Shown here: positions 8,819-16,805 of the stretch, in pieces
Numbering within the stretch: position 1 is the stretch's first letter
Layout of the letters: each line of letters opens with the position of its first letter
Origin: Gemmata obscuriglobus
GTDB taxonomy: Bacteria > Planctomycetota > Planctomycetia > Gemmatales > Gemmataceae
DNA length: 32,000 nucleotides
NCBI RefSeq assembly: GCF_008065095.1
Contig: NZ_CP042911.1
Span: forward strand, 630,001-662,000
Direction of reading: 5' to 3'
The notes under the pieces: generated by a model
Database searches by the model: none
What the model was told of the DNA's origin: nothing
What the model saw: the letters and a program-made list of their open reading frames with translations, nothing else
Made by a program: the position numbers and the translations under genes

Positions 8819-8858
8819 CATCCACCATGGTGGATGATTAATCCATCATGGTGGATGC
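8819..8858. promoter_or_regulatory. Twin palindromic operator-like boxes at the XRE regulator start
   Basis: Perfect 18-bp palindrome CATCCACCATGGTGGATG (8819-8836). A near-copy ATCCATCATGGTGGAT (8841-8856) has its centre 21 bp away and covers the ATG at 8848. Confidence 0.6.
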
Positions 8859-9432
8859 TGCAACTCGCTTGAATGAACGAATCGCAACCCGTGTGCGCGA
8901 ATTGCGTACCGCCGCGGGGCTGTCACTTGACGCACTTGCAGGCAAGTGCGGGGTGAGCCGCTCAATGATCTCGCTCATCGAACGTGGCGAGAGCAGCGCA
9001 ACGGCGGTAGTTCTGGACAAGCTCGCTACCGGCCTCGGGGTCATGCTTGCCGACCTCTTCAACGCACCAGCGGTTCCGCATCCGGTCGCGCGGCGGTCGG
9101 AGCAACCCGAGTGGACCGACCCGGGCTCCGGGTACACCCGGCGCAACGTGTCCCCGCCCGGCACCTCGAACCCGGTTCAGATCGTCGAGGTGCATTTCCC
9201 GCCCGGGGCCACGGTCGCGTTCGAGACCGGCCCGCGCGACGCCCGCGTGTACCAACAGATTTGGTTGCTCGAAGGCGCGATGGAGGTCGCGTTCGGCGCG
9301 GACCGGCACCAACTCAGCGCCGGCGACTGCCTCGCGATGCAACTCGACCGACCGACGGTGTTCCACAACCCCACGCGGGAGCCGGCGCGTTACGCGGTGG
9401 TGATCGCGTCCCTTCCCATTTCGTTGCGATGA
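8848..9432 (+). CDS. XRE-family HTH transcriptional regulator with C-terminal cupin domain
   Basis: HTH_3-like segment LRTAAGLSLDALAGKCGVSRSMISLIERGE, followed by a cupin-like beta region (EVHFPPGATVAFE..WLLEGAMEV). Confidence 0.85.
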   Translation: MVDAATRLNERIATRVRELRTAAGLSLDALAGKCGVSRSMISLIERGESSATAVVLDKLATGLGVMLADLFNAPAVPHPVARRSEQPEWTDPGSGYTRRNVSPPGTSNPVQIVEVHFPPGATVAFETGPRDARVYQQIWLLEGAMEVAFGADRHQLSAGDCLAMQLDRPTVFHNPTREPARYAVVIASLPISLR

Positions 9433-9968
9433 GCACACACACCTGGACCGTTCGGCGCCTCGGTGCGCTTCAAGACGCGGATGTTGATGCGCTGGCGGAC
9501 GTGCTGATCGACTGCGTCGAGGGCGGCGCGTCGGTCAGCTTCATGCTCCCGCTATCGCGCGAGCGGGCGACGAACTTTTGGCGCAGGGTGGCGGACGGCG
9601 TGGAACGGGGCGAGCGTGCGGTACTCGTTGCGGAAGACGCAGAGGGCGTGTGCGGCACGGTGCAGGTGATTTTCGGCCTCCCCGAGAACCAACCGCACCG
9701 GGCCGATTTGGCGAAGATGCTGGTTCACCGGCGGGCGCGGCGGCGGGGTGTGGGGGCCGCGCTGATGCGTGCGGCCGAGGACGTGGCCCGCGAGCACGGG
9801 CGCACCTTGCTGGTGTTAGACGCGGTTACGGGTGGCGACGGAGCGCGGCTGTACGAACGCCTCGGCTGGGTCCGCGCCGGCGACATCCCGAACTACGCGC
9901 TAACGCCGCACGGCGAGTTCTGTAGCACGACGTACTTCTATCGCGCGCTGCCGCCCCGCGCGAGCTGA
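9429..9968 (+). CDS. GNAT family N-acetyltransferase
   Basis: Its ATG overlaps the XRE stop (ATGA). Acetyl-CoA motif A is HRRARRRGVGAALM, and YERLGW lies near the C-terminus. Confidence 0.85.
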   Translation: MSTHTWTVRRLGALQDADVDALADVLIDCVEGGASVSFMLPLSRERATNFWRRVADGVERGERAVLVAEDAEGVCGTVQVIFGLPENQPHRADLAKMLVHRRARRRGVGAALMRAAEDVAREHGRTLLVLDAVTGGDGARLYERLGWVRAGDIPNYALTPHGEFCSTTYFYRALPPRAS

Positions 9969-9969
9969 C

Positions 9970-10791
9970 TTACGCGCGGCCCGTGTACCGATCGCCGTAA
10001 GCCGCTTTCAGATTCGTCCCGGTAAACACCGCTGCCGTCGGCCCGCTCGCCACCTTCCGCACGTTCAGCAGCGTGACCCAGTCGAAGTACTCGGGCACTG
10101 TGGACAGGTCGTGGTGAACGACCAGCACCGTGCGCCCCCGATCGCGCAGCCCACGCAGCACGTCCACGATGGCCCTTTCGGTCACCGCGTCGACCCCCTG
10201 AAACGGCTCGTCCATCAGGTACACCGGAGCGTCCTGAACGAGCGCGCGGGCCAGAAACACCCGCTGCTGCTGACCGCCCGAAAGCTGACTGATCTGACGG
10301 TCCGCGAAGTCGGCCATACCGACCCGCGTGAGCGCGTCGCGGGTCGCGGCGCGTTCGGCGGCTCCCGGCCGGCGAAACCACCCGAGGCGCCCGTAGGTGC
10401 CCATGAGCGCCACGTCGAACACCGTTGTCGGGAAGTCCCAGTCGACGGTCCCGCGCTGCGGCACGTACGCCACGGCCTGCGAGTGCGGGGAGTACGGAAG
10501 GCCGTTCACCAGCACGCGGCCCGACACCGGTTTCACGAGCCCGAGCATCGATTTGATGAGCGTGGTTTTCCCGGCACCGTTCGGGCCGACGACGGCCATC
10601 AGCACCCCGCGCGGAACGGCCAGGTCGATGTCCCACAGGACCGGCTTCTCGCGGTACGCAACGGTCAGGTCGTGAACCTCGATCGCGTTCAGCGCGTGCG
10701 GGGCCCCGAGTACCGGTCGGTGAAAAGCGGGTGCCGCCGGCGAACTTTCGCTCACCGCACCCGGACCGCTGAGAGCAGCCGACTCGATCAT
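9970..10791 (-). CDS. Metal (Mn/Zn/Fe-type) ABC transporter ATP-binding protein
   Basis: Walker A GPNGAGKTT, signature LSGGQQQR, Walker B VYLMDEP. Sits directly downstream of a ZnuA/TroA-type binding protein. Confidence 0.9.
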   Translation of the reverse strand: MIESAALSGPGAVSESSPAAPAFHRPVLGAPHALNAIEVHDLTVAYREKPVLWDIDLAVPRGVLMAVVGPNGAGKTTLIKSMLGLVKPVSGRVLVNGLPYSPHSQAVAYVPQRGTVDWDFPTTVFDVALMGTYGRLGWFRRPGAAERAATRDALTRVGMADFADRQISQLSGGQQQRVFLARALVQDAPVYLMDEPFQGVDAVTERAIVDVLRGLRDRGRTVLVVHHDLSTVPEYFDWVTLLNVRKVASGPTAAVFTGTNLKAAYGDRYTGRA

Positions 10792-10817
10792 CACGTCCTC
10801 GATTCGTCACCGGCCCG

Positions 10818-11780
10818 TTACCGACCCAGCGCCCGCACGATGACCGCCACGTTGTGCCGCACCATGCCCGCGTACGTTTCCCCGCGCGTGCCGGGTTCGC
10901 CCAGGGCGTCTGAGTACAGCGCCTCGTCCCCGCCCACCAGCGCCACCGTGTGGTTGTGGTCGCGGCGGCACGCGTCGAGAACCGTTTTCAGCCCCGCGTC
11001 CGGAACCGATGTTTCCGTAAACACCGCGGGGATCTTGTTCCGGCCCAGGAAATCCACCAGCTCCTTGACGTCCTTCGTCCCGGACTCGCTGGCCGTACTG
11101 ACCCCTTGCAACCCGCGTACCTCGAACCCGTAGGCGCGCCCGAAGTACCCGAACGCGTCGTGCGACGTGACCAGCACGCGCTTTTCTTTCGGCACGACCG
11201 CGAGCGCCTGCCGCACTTCCGTGTCGAGCGCCTCGAGCTCGCGCCGATAGCCCGTCGCGTTCCGTTCGTAATCTGCGGCGCCGGCGGGATCGAGTGCCGC
11301 GAGCGCGTCACGAACCACGTCAACGGTCTTCGCCCAGAGCGCCACGTCGAACCAGACGTGCGGGTCGTGTTCGCCGCCGTCCACCTCGGCGTGCCGGAGT
11401 TGGTCCTTATCGATCGCCCCGGTAACCGCGTAACCGCGGACGCGCCCGCGGCTCTTCTCGAAGGTGTCGGTCATTTTGCCTTCGAGGTGCAGGCCGTTGA
11501 AAAACACGAGGTGCGCGGCGTCGATTTTCTTGCGGTCGCCCGCGGTCGGCTGGTACCGGTGCGGGTCGACGCCCGGACCCATGAGGGCGTCTACCGACAC
11601 GCGGTCGCCACCAACTTTCTTCACGAGATCCGCAATCATGGTGGTGGTAACGACCACCCGCACCGGGGGCTTCTCGAATGCGGGCGGTCCACCCGAACAC
11701 CCCGGCAGCCCGAGAACGGTGAGGCTGCTCAGCACCGCTGCCAGGGCAATTCGCGAAACGCGCACAAGAATCCCCCACAC
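10818..11780 (-). CDS. Metal ABC transporter substrate-binding lipoprotein (ZnuA/TroA/MntC cluster)
   Basis: Lipobox LPGCS. Conserved metal-site segments DPHRYQPT, DPHVWFD and SHDAFGYF. GTG start is uncertain (an alternative GTG lies 5 codons downstream). Confidence 0.9.
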   Translation of the reverse strand: MWGILVRVSRIALAAVLSSLTVLGLPGCSGGPPAFEKPPVRVVVTTTMIADLVKKVGGDRVSVDALMGPGVDPHRYQPTAGDRKKIDAAHLVFFNGLHLEGKMTDTFEKSRGRVRGYAVTGAIDKDQLRHAEVDGGEHDPHVWFDVALWAKTVDVVRDALAALDPAGAADYERNATGYRRELEALDTEVRQALAVVPKEKRVLVTSHDAFGYFGRAYGFEVRGLQGVSTASESGTKDVKELVDFLGRNKIPAVFTETSVPDAGLKTVLDACRRDHNHTVALVGGDEALYSDALGEPGTRGETYAGMVRHNVAVIVRALGR

Positions 11781-11957
11781 GACTAGCTCGGGCTAAACGC
11801 ATTATTAGTCTACGCGAAGCTCTGAAGTGAGTCGAGAGGAATCGCACTTCACCGGCCCTGGGCGCGGACGAAGGCCGTAACACCACTTCGCTTTCAGTTG
11901 CGTAACGGATAAACTGACATCACCACCCCTTGGCAACTCGAAGGCGAAACGGCTGCA

Positions 11958-13325
11958 ATGCTGAACGTGATGGTGATCGGGAAGGGCGGGCGCGAGCACG
12001 CGCTCGCATGGCGGTTGAAACAGTCGCCGCGCGCGGGAACGATTTTCTGCGCCCCGGGCAACGCGGGAACCGCGCGGGACGGCATCACGAACGTGCCGAT
12101 CGACCACACCGAAACGGACAAGCTTCAGCGGTTCTGCCTTCGGGAGAAGGTGGGGCTGGTGGTGATCGGCCCCGAGGACCCGCTCGCGGCCGGGCTTGCC
12201 GACTTCCTGCGCGGCAAGGGGCTGAAGGTGTTCGGGCCGTCGAAGGAGGCCGCCCGGATCGAGTCGAGCAAGGTGTTCGCCAAGGAGCTGATGCGCCACG
12301 CGGACGTGCCCACCGCCGAGTTCCGGGTCTTCGACCACCCCCAGCCGGCCCGCGACTACATCGAAACCCGCGACTACCCCGTGGTGGTGAAGGCCGACGG
12401 GCTGGCCGCGGGCAAGGGCGTGGTGGTGTGCAAGACCGGCACGGAAGCGACCCAGGCCGTAAAGCGCATCATGACCGACGCCGAGTTCGGCCAGAAGGCC
12501 GGCCGGAACGTGGTCGTGGAGAAGCGGCTCGACGGCGAGGAGGTGTCGGTCCTCGCGCTCGTAAGCGGGCGGACGTTCCTGCCGCTCCCCGCGTGCCAGG
12601 ACCATAAGGCGGTCGGCGACGGGGACACCGGCCCCAACACCGGCGGCATGGGCGCCTACTGCCCGGCTCCGGTCGCGACGCCCGAGCTGATGAAGGAGTG
12701 GGAGAAGACCGTCTTCTTCCCCACGATCCACTGGATGAAGCGGAACCGGTACCCGTTCCAGGGGGTGCTGTTCGGCGGGTTCATCCTGACCAACCAGGGC
12801 ACCCGCGTCCTGGAGTTCAACTGCCGGTTCGGCGACCCCGAGACGCAGGTGCTGATGATGCGCCTGAAGACGGACCTGCTCGACCTGCTCGAGGCCGTCG
12901 CGGACGAGCGGCTTCAGGAGTTCGAAGACAAGATCGTGTGGGACCCGCGGCCGGCGGTGTGTGTGGTGCTGTGCGCGGGCGGCTACCCCGGTAAGTACGA
13001 CAACGGGAAGGTCATCACCGGCGTCGCGGATGCGGACCGGCTTCCGGACGTGAAGGTGTTTCACGCGGGCACGAGGGTCGACGACCGCAACCGCACCGTC
13101 ACCGACGGCGGGCGGGTGCTCGGGGTGACCGCGCTCGGCGACACGCTCGCGGACGCCAAGGCCCGCGCGTACGAAGCGGTCAAACTGATCCAGTTCCCGG
13201 GGATGCACTACCGGACCGACATCGCGGACAAGGCGCTGAAGGTGAAGCCGCCCGCGCCGCCGCAAGAGGCGCCGAAGCTGCCGGCGCGGTTCCGTAAGCC
13301 GGGCGGCGACAAGCCCGCCAACTGA
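11958..13325 (+). CDS. purD: Phosphoribosylamine--glycine ligase
   Basis: MLNVMVIGKGGREHALAWRL, ATP-grasp core (VVKADGLAAGKGV) and C-terminal GMHYRTDI. Carries a short Pro/Lys-rich C-terminal tail. Confidence 0.95.
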   Translation: MLNVMVIGKGGREHALAWRLKQSPRAGTIFCAPGNAGTARDGITNVPIDHTETDKLQRFCLREKVGLVVIGPEDPLAAGLADFLRGKGLKVFGPSKEAARIESSKVFAKELMRHADVPTAEFRVFDHPQPARDYIETRDYPVVVKADGLAAGKGVVVCKTGTEATQAVKRIMTDAEFGQKAGRNVVVEKRLDGEEVSVLALVSGRTFLPLPACQDHKAVGDGDTGPNTGGMGAYCPAPVATPELMKEWEKTVFFPTIHWMKRNRYPFQGVLFGGFILTNQGTRVLEFNCRFGDPETQVLMMRLKTDLLDLLEAVADERLQEFEDKIVWDPRPAVCVVLCAGGYPGKYDNGKVITGVADADRLPDVKVFHAGTRVDDRNRTVTDGGRVLGVTALGDTLADAKARAYEAVKLIQFPGMHYRTDIADKALKVKPPAPPQEAPKLPARFRKPGGDKPAN

Positions 13326-13391
13326 AACCGGCCCGCCGCGGTCGCGCCGTTTGAATGTTAAACGGCACGCCCGGCGGGGGGACCGTAACGG

Positions 13392-14447
13392 TTACAGGGT
13401 GATCGTGCGCCCGGTGCGTGCGCTCTCGTACACCGCGCAGATGAGATCGACCGCCTTCTTGCCCTCGCGCCCGTCGACCTTCGGCACACGGTTCTGTTGC
13501 ACGGCCTCGACGAAGTCCGCGAGCTGACGGCGGTGCCCTTCGTGGCTGATCGCCTTCGGGTCCGCCGACCCGCCGCTCGCCCCGACCCGCGCCGCGAACC
13601 GCCCCTTCACCATCCAGTCGTCCGGCGTTTCGGGCGTAAAGTCCCACTTCAGAACGTCGTCCTGCTCGATCACCGCCGAGCCCTTGTCGCCGTGGACCGC
13701 GACGGTCTTGGGGTAGCCGGGGTGGACGCTGGTGGTCGCCTGGATCACGCCCAGCGCCCCGCTCTTGAACCGGACAACCGCGACCGCCGTGTCCTCCACC
13801 TCGATCCGCTCGTGCGCGAGCGTGGCCGTGAGCCCGCTCACGTGCGTGGCGTCGCCCATCAGCCACAGCAGCAGGTCCACGTTGTGGATGGCCTGGTTCA
13901 TCATCGCCCCGCCGCCGTCGAGCGCCTGCGTGCCCTTCCACCCGCCTTCGTCGTAGTAGGCCTGCGAGCGCCACCACTTGCAGGTCGTTTCGCCGAGGGT
14001 GAGGCGGCCGAACTTGCCGGCCTCCACCGCGGCCTTCAGGGCGCCGTTGGCGTCACCGAACCGCGACGGGAAGATGGTGCACAGTTTCACCCCGGCGCGG
14101 TCGCAGGCGTCGATGATCTCCTGGCACCGCGGGCCGGTAATTTCGAGCGGCTTCTCAACGACGACGTGCTTGCCCGCCGCAGCGGCGACGAGGGCGGGCT
14201 CGCGGTGCGCGCCGCTCGGGGTGGTGATGATGACCGCGTCCACGCCGGGCGCCTTCACCGCGTCTTCGACCGAGGTGAAAACGGGACACGGCGGCAGTTT
14301 GGTGTCCGCGATCAGCTTGTCCGCACTCGACCGGCTGCGGCTAACCAGCGCCGCGACGCGTGCCGTGGGGATCTCTTGCAGCGCGCGAACGTGGAACCGC
14401 GCGATCATTCCGCAACCGACGATCGCGAACCCGAGGGGCTGAGGCAT
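13392..14447 (-). CDS. Gfo/Idh/MocA family oxidoreductase
   Basis: N-terminal Rossmann FAIVGCGMIARFH, EKPL motif (VVVEKPLE) and a C-terminal alpha/beta domain. GGGAG lies upstream of the ATG. Confidence 0.9.
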   Translation of the reverse strand: MPQPLGFAIVGCGMIARFHVRALQEIPTARVAALVSRSRSSADKLIADTKLPPCPVFTSVEDAVKAPGVDAVIITTPSGAHREPALVAAAAGKHVVVEKPLEITGPRCQEIIDACDRAGVKLCTIFPSRFGDANGALKAAVEAGKFGRLTLGETTCKWWRSQAYYDEGGWKGTQALDGGGAMMNQAIHNVDLLLWLMGDATHVSGLTATLAHERIEVEDTAVAVVRFKSGALGVIQATTSVHPGYPKTVAVHGDKGSAVIEQDDVLKWDFTPETPDDWMVKGRFAARVGASGGSADPKAISHEGHRRQLADFVEAVQQNRVPKVDGREGKKAVDLICAVYESARTGRTITL

Positions 14448-14549
14448 GGCGTCTCCCGTGTGAGGTGCGGGAGATTGTAGCGGCCCCGGTTATTGATCGG
14501 TCAGCCCCAGCCCCGTGAGCGAAGGAGTCGATCGGCCGGGAGATCCGAA

Positions 14550-14601
14550 CACGCCAACGTTGCCCCCGCCTGCTGACGCAGGCGGGGGCAACGTTGGCGT
14601 G
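14550..14601 (-). terminator. 24-bp perfect inverted repeat (hairpin), possibly a terminator or REP-like element after the beta-propeller gene
   Basis: C-ACGCCAACGTTGCCCCCGCCTGC-TGAC-GCAGGCGGGGGCAACGTTGGCGT-G. Lies 100 nt beyond the stop at 14702, with no U-tract. The structure is certain but the function is not. Confidence 0.5.
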
Positions 14602-14701
14602 ACGAACTGGAAACTACTGGGTTCGGTCAGAGGCTGCTAAAACGGGAGCAAAAGCACAAAAAGTAGGAGCGTGAGCCGGTGCCCTTTCGACCCTCTCCCG
14701 C

Positions 14702-16102
14702 TCACTTCTTCGCAGCGAACGCGTACAGGAACTTGTCGCTGCGAACGTACAGCGTGTTGTGGGCGATCGCGGGCGTCGCGCGGACCGGTTCCGGCAACTT
14801 GACCGCGTGGACCACCTCGGGCTCGGTCTCATCCGCTGCCACCACCGCCACCGTGCCGTCGAGCGACGCGACGTAGAGGTGCCCGTTCGCCGCGACCGGT
14901 GAGGCGTAGTACCGCGCGCCGGCCTTGATGCGCTCGGCCTCGTACACCGGCTTACCGGTCTTCGCGTCCAGGCAGGTGAGCAGCGGGCCGTCCTTTAACA
15001 GGTAGAACTTGTCCCGGTACACGATCGGGCTCGGCACGTAGGGCAGGTGCTTCGTGTAGGTCCAGGCGAGTTCGCCCTTGCCGCCCGGTTTGAGCGCGAC
15101 CGCGCGGTTCTCCCCGGAGGCGAGCACTTTCATGTTGATCGCCCACTCCTCGGGGGTGATCTTGCCGTCCTTGTTCGGGTCGTTGTTGTCGAAGAAGTTG
15201 CCGAACGCGGTCTTCTGCGCGCCCTCTTTCGTCAGGTAGCCGAGCTTCTCGTCCCCCGCCTGTTTCAGGATCTCGTCGAACGTCGGGAGCTTGAAGTCCG
15301 CGCCGCCCGGGGACCACCCCGCGTACACCAGCGTGTCCTTGTACGCCACCGGCGTGGTGCAGGCGACCGCCGCCATCCGGTTGATGGCCCACAGCTCCTT
15401 ACCGGAGAGCAGGTCGTACCCGATCAGCGTCGTCATCCCGGGCACCACCAGCACCCGCTTGCCGCTGTCCGTCCAGACGAGCGGGGTGCTGTAGGCGCTC
15501 TGGTACTTGCGCTCGGCCTTCCACTTCTGCGACCCGGTCGCGAGGTCGATCGCGAACACCGCCGAGTCCTTCGACAGGTCGCGGGCCAGGAGCACGAGCC
15601 CGTCGGCGAGAACCGGCGAGGTGCCGCTGCCGAACTCGTTGTTGGTCACCGCGGTCGGCATGTCGTACCGCCACAGCTCCTTGCCTTCGAGGCTGTACGC
15701 GATGAGGCCGCACGAGCCGAAGTAGCTCACCACCGTTTTCCCGTCGCTGACCGGCGTGGACGCGGCCGGACTGCCCTCGGTCGGGTGGAACGGCTCGATC
15801 TTGGTCGCCTTCGCGTCGGCGCGCCACAGCTCCTTGCCGTCGGCGCAGGCGTAGCAGATGGTGAACAGCTTGTTGTTCTCGAACGCGGTCAGGATCAGCT
15901 TGTCGCCGATGACGACGGGCGACGACGCGCCCGGGGGCACCGCGACCTTCCACGCGAGGTTCTCTTTCGGCCCGAACTTGACCGGCGGCTTCTGGTCGTC
16001 CGCGACGCCCGAGCCGGACGGGCCGCGGAACTGCGGCCAGTCGGCGCCGAGCGCCGGCGCGGGGGCGAGAACGACCAGCAGGCCGAGCGCGAGGCGATTC
16101 AT
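14702..16102 (-). CDS. Secreted PQQ-like (BamB-type) beta-propeller repeat protein with inserted EF-hand
   Basis: Signal peptide ending ALGADWPQFRG. Repeated G-K-E-L-W blade motifs. Canonical EF-hand loop DPNKDGKITPEE. Confidence 0.85.
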   Translation of the reverse strand: MNRLALGLLVVLAPAPALGADWPQFRGPSGSGVADDQKPPVKFGPKENLAWKVAVPPGASSPVVIGDKLILTAFENNKLFTICYACADGKELWRADAKATKIEPFHPTEGSPAASTPVSDGKTVVSYFGSCGLIAYSLEGKELWRYDMPTAVTNNEFGSGTSPVLADGLVLLARDLSKDSAVFAIDLATGSQKWKAERKYQSAYSTPLVWTDSGKRVLVVPGMTTLIGYDLLSGKELWAINRMAAVACTTPVAYKDTLVYAGWSPGGADFKLPTFDEILKQAGDEKLGYLTKEGAQKTAFGNFFDNNDPNKDGKITPEEWAINMKVLASGENRAVALKPGGKGELAWTYTKHLPYVPSPIVYRDKFYLLKDGPLLTCLDAKTGKPVYEAERIKAGARYYASPVAANGHLYVASLDGTVAVVAADETEPEVVHAVKLPEPVRATPAIAHNTLYVRSDKFLYAFAAKK

Positions 16103-16157
16103 TCGGTATCTCGTAAAGGGTTGGGCGACACTCCGACACGTCGCGCGGCCCGCGCGT

Positions 16158-16805
16158 TCACACGCGGACCACGACCTCGTCCACCGGGAACCGGACCTTG
16201 GGGGCCTCTGCGTACTTGTCGTCGGGCGAGCGGTACCCGGCGGTGGCGATCACCACGGCCCCGAGCCCCTTTTCCTTGAGCCCGAGGATCTCGTCGTACT
16301 GGTCCGCCTGGAACCCCTCCATCGGGCACGCGTCCACGCCCACCAGCGCCGCGGCGGCGAGGAAGGTGCCGAGGGCGATGTAGCACTGCTTCGCGGCCCA
16401 CTGGTGCGCCTGCTTGGCGTCCATCCCGGACAGGGCGCCGAGCATCATCTTCTTGTACGCGTCGAGGCTCTCGGGCGTCACCCCGCGGACCGCGGCGGAC
16501 CGCGCGACGACTGCGTCCACGTCCGCGGGCGTCGGCGGCTTCTTGGCGGCAAACACGATGAGGTGCGATGCGTCCAGAATTTGCGACTGGTTGTACGACG
16601 CCGGGTGGAGCTTCTGGCGCACCGCCGGGTCTGTCACCACGACGAACTTCCACGGCTGCATACCGAGAGACGACGGCGACAGGGTCGCGGCGCGTTCGAG
16701 CTGCGACCACAGGTCCGGGGCGATCTTCTTTGCGGGGTCGAACTTCTTGGTGGCATACCGCCAACCGAGCTGGGTCAGAACGGTTTCGGGCGCAACGGTC
16801 GACAT
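16158..16805 (-). CDS. NAD(P)H-dependent nitroreductase family oxidoreductase
   Basis: ATG at 16805 preceded by GGAG. RYATKKFD, SSLGMQPWKF and the C-terminal GYRSPDD pattern are typical of the NfsB-like nitroreductase fold. Confidence 0.85.
   Translation of the reverse strand: MSTVAPETVLTQLGWRYATKKFDPAKKIAPDLWSQLERAATLSPSSLGMQPWKFVVVTDPAVRQKLHPASYNQSQILDASHLIVFAAKKPPTPADVDAVVARSAAVRGVTPESLDAYKKMMLGALSGMDAKQAHQWAAKQCYIALGTFLAAAALVGVDACPMEGFQADQYDEILGLKEKGLGAVVIATAGYRSPDDKYAEAPKVRFPVDEVVVRV

Noticed and set aside
8848-9968. Considered the XRE plus GNAT pair as a GNAT-toxin/antitoxin (TacAT/AtaRT-like) module.
   Set aside because: The regulator is 194 aa with a cupin sensor domain, not a small RHH or DUF1778 antitoxin. 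It is better explained as a ligand-responsive regulator with an enzyme gene.
11781-11957. Looked for a ZTP (pfl) or other purine-related riboswitch upstream of purD. The candidate was the hairpin GAAGTG..CACTTC followed by ACCGGCCCTGGGCG.
   Set aside because: It shows only partial resemblance to the CCGCCTGGGC pseudoknot segment. I could not identify the conserved 5' subdomain. A covariance-model search would be needed to decide.
11805-13265. 486-aa minus-strand ORF antisense to purD. Similar long antisense or alternate-frame ORFs include 110-1093, 1115-1966, 10111-11133, 15047-16279, 16775-17842, 17035-18663, 19275-20240, 22668-23408, 26454-27581, 28658-30745, 28720-31083 and 30963-31949.
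   Set aside because: These are typical high-GC shadow ORFs. Their products are Arg/Pro/Gly/Ala-rich and low in complexity with no family motifs, and each is fully overlapped by an ORF with clear conserved motifs in another frame or strand.
13346-13366. Weak 7-bp hairpin GCCGTTT-GAATGTT-AAACGGC between the convergent purD and Gfo/Idh/MocA genes.
   Set aside because: The stem is short and AT-containing with no U-tract. It may help termination but is not strong enough to annotate.
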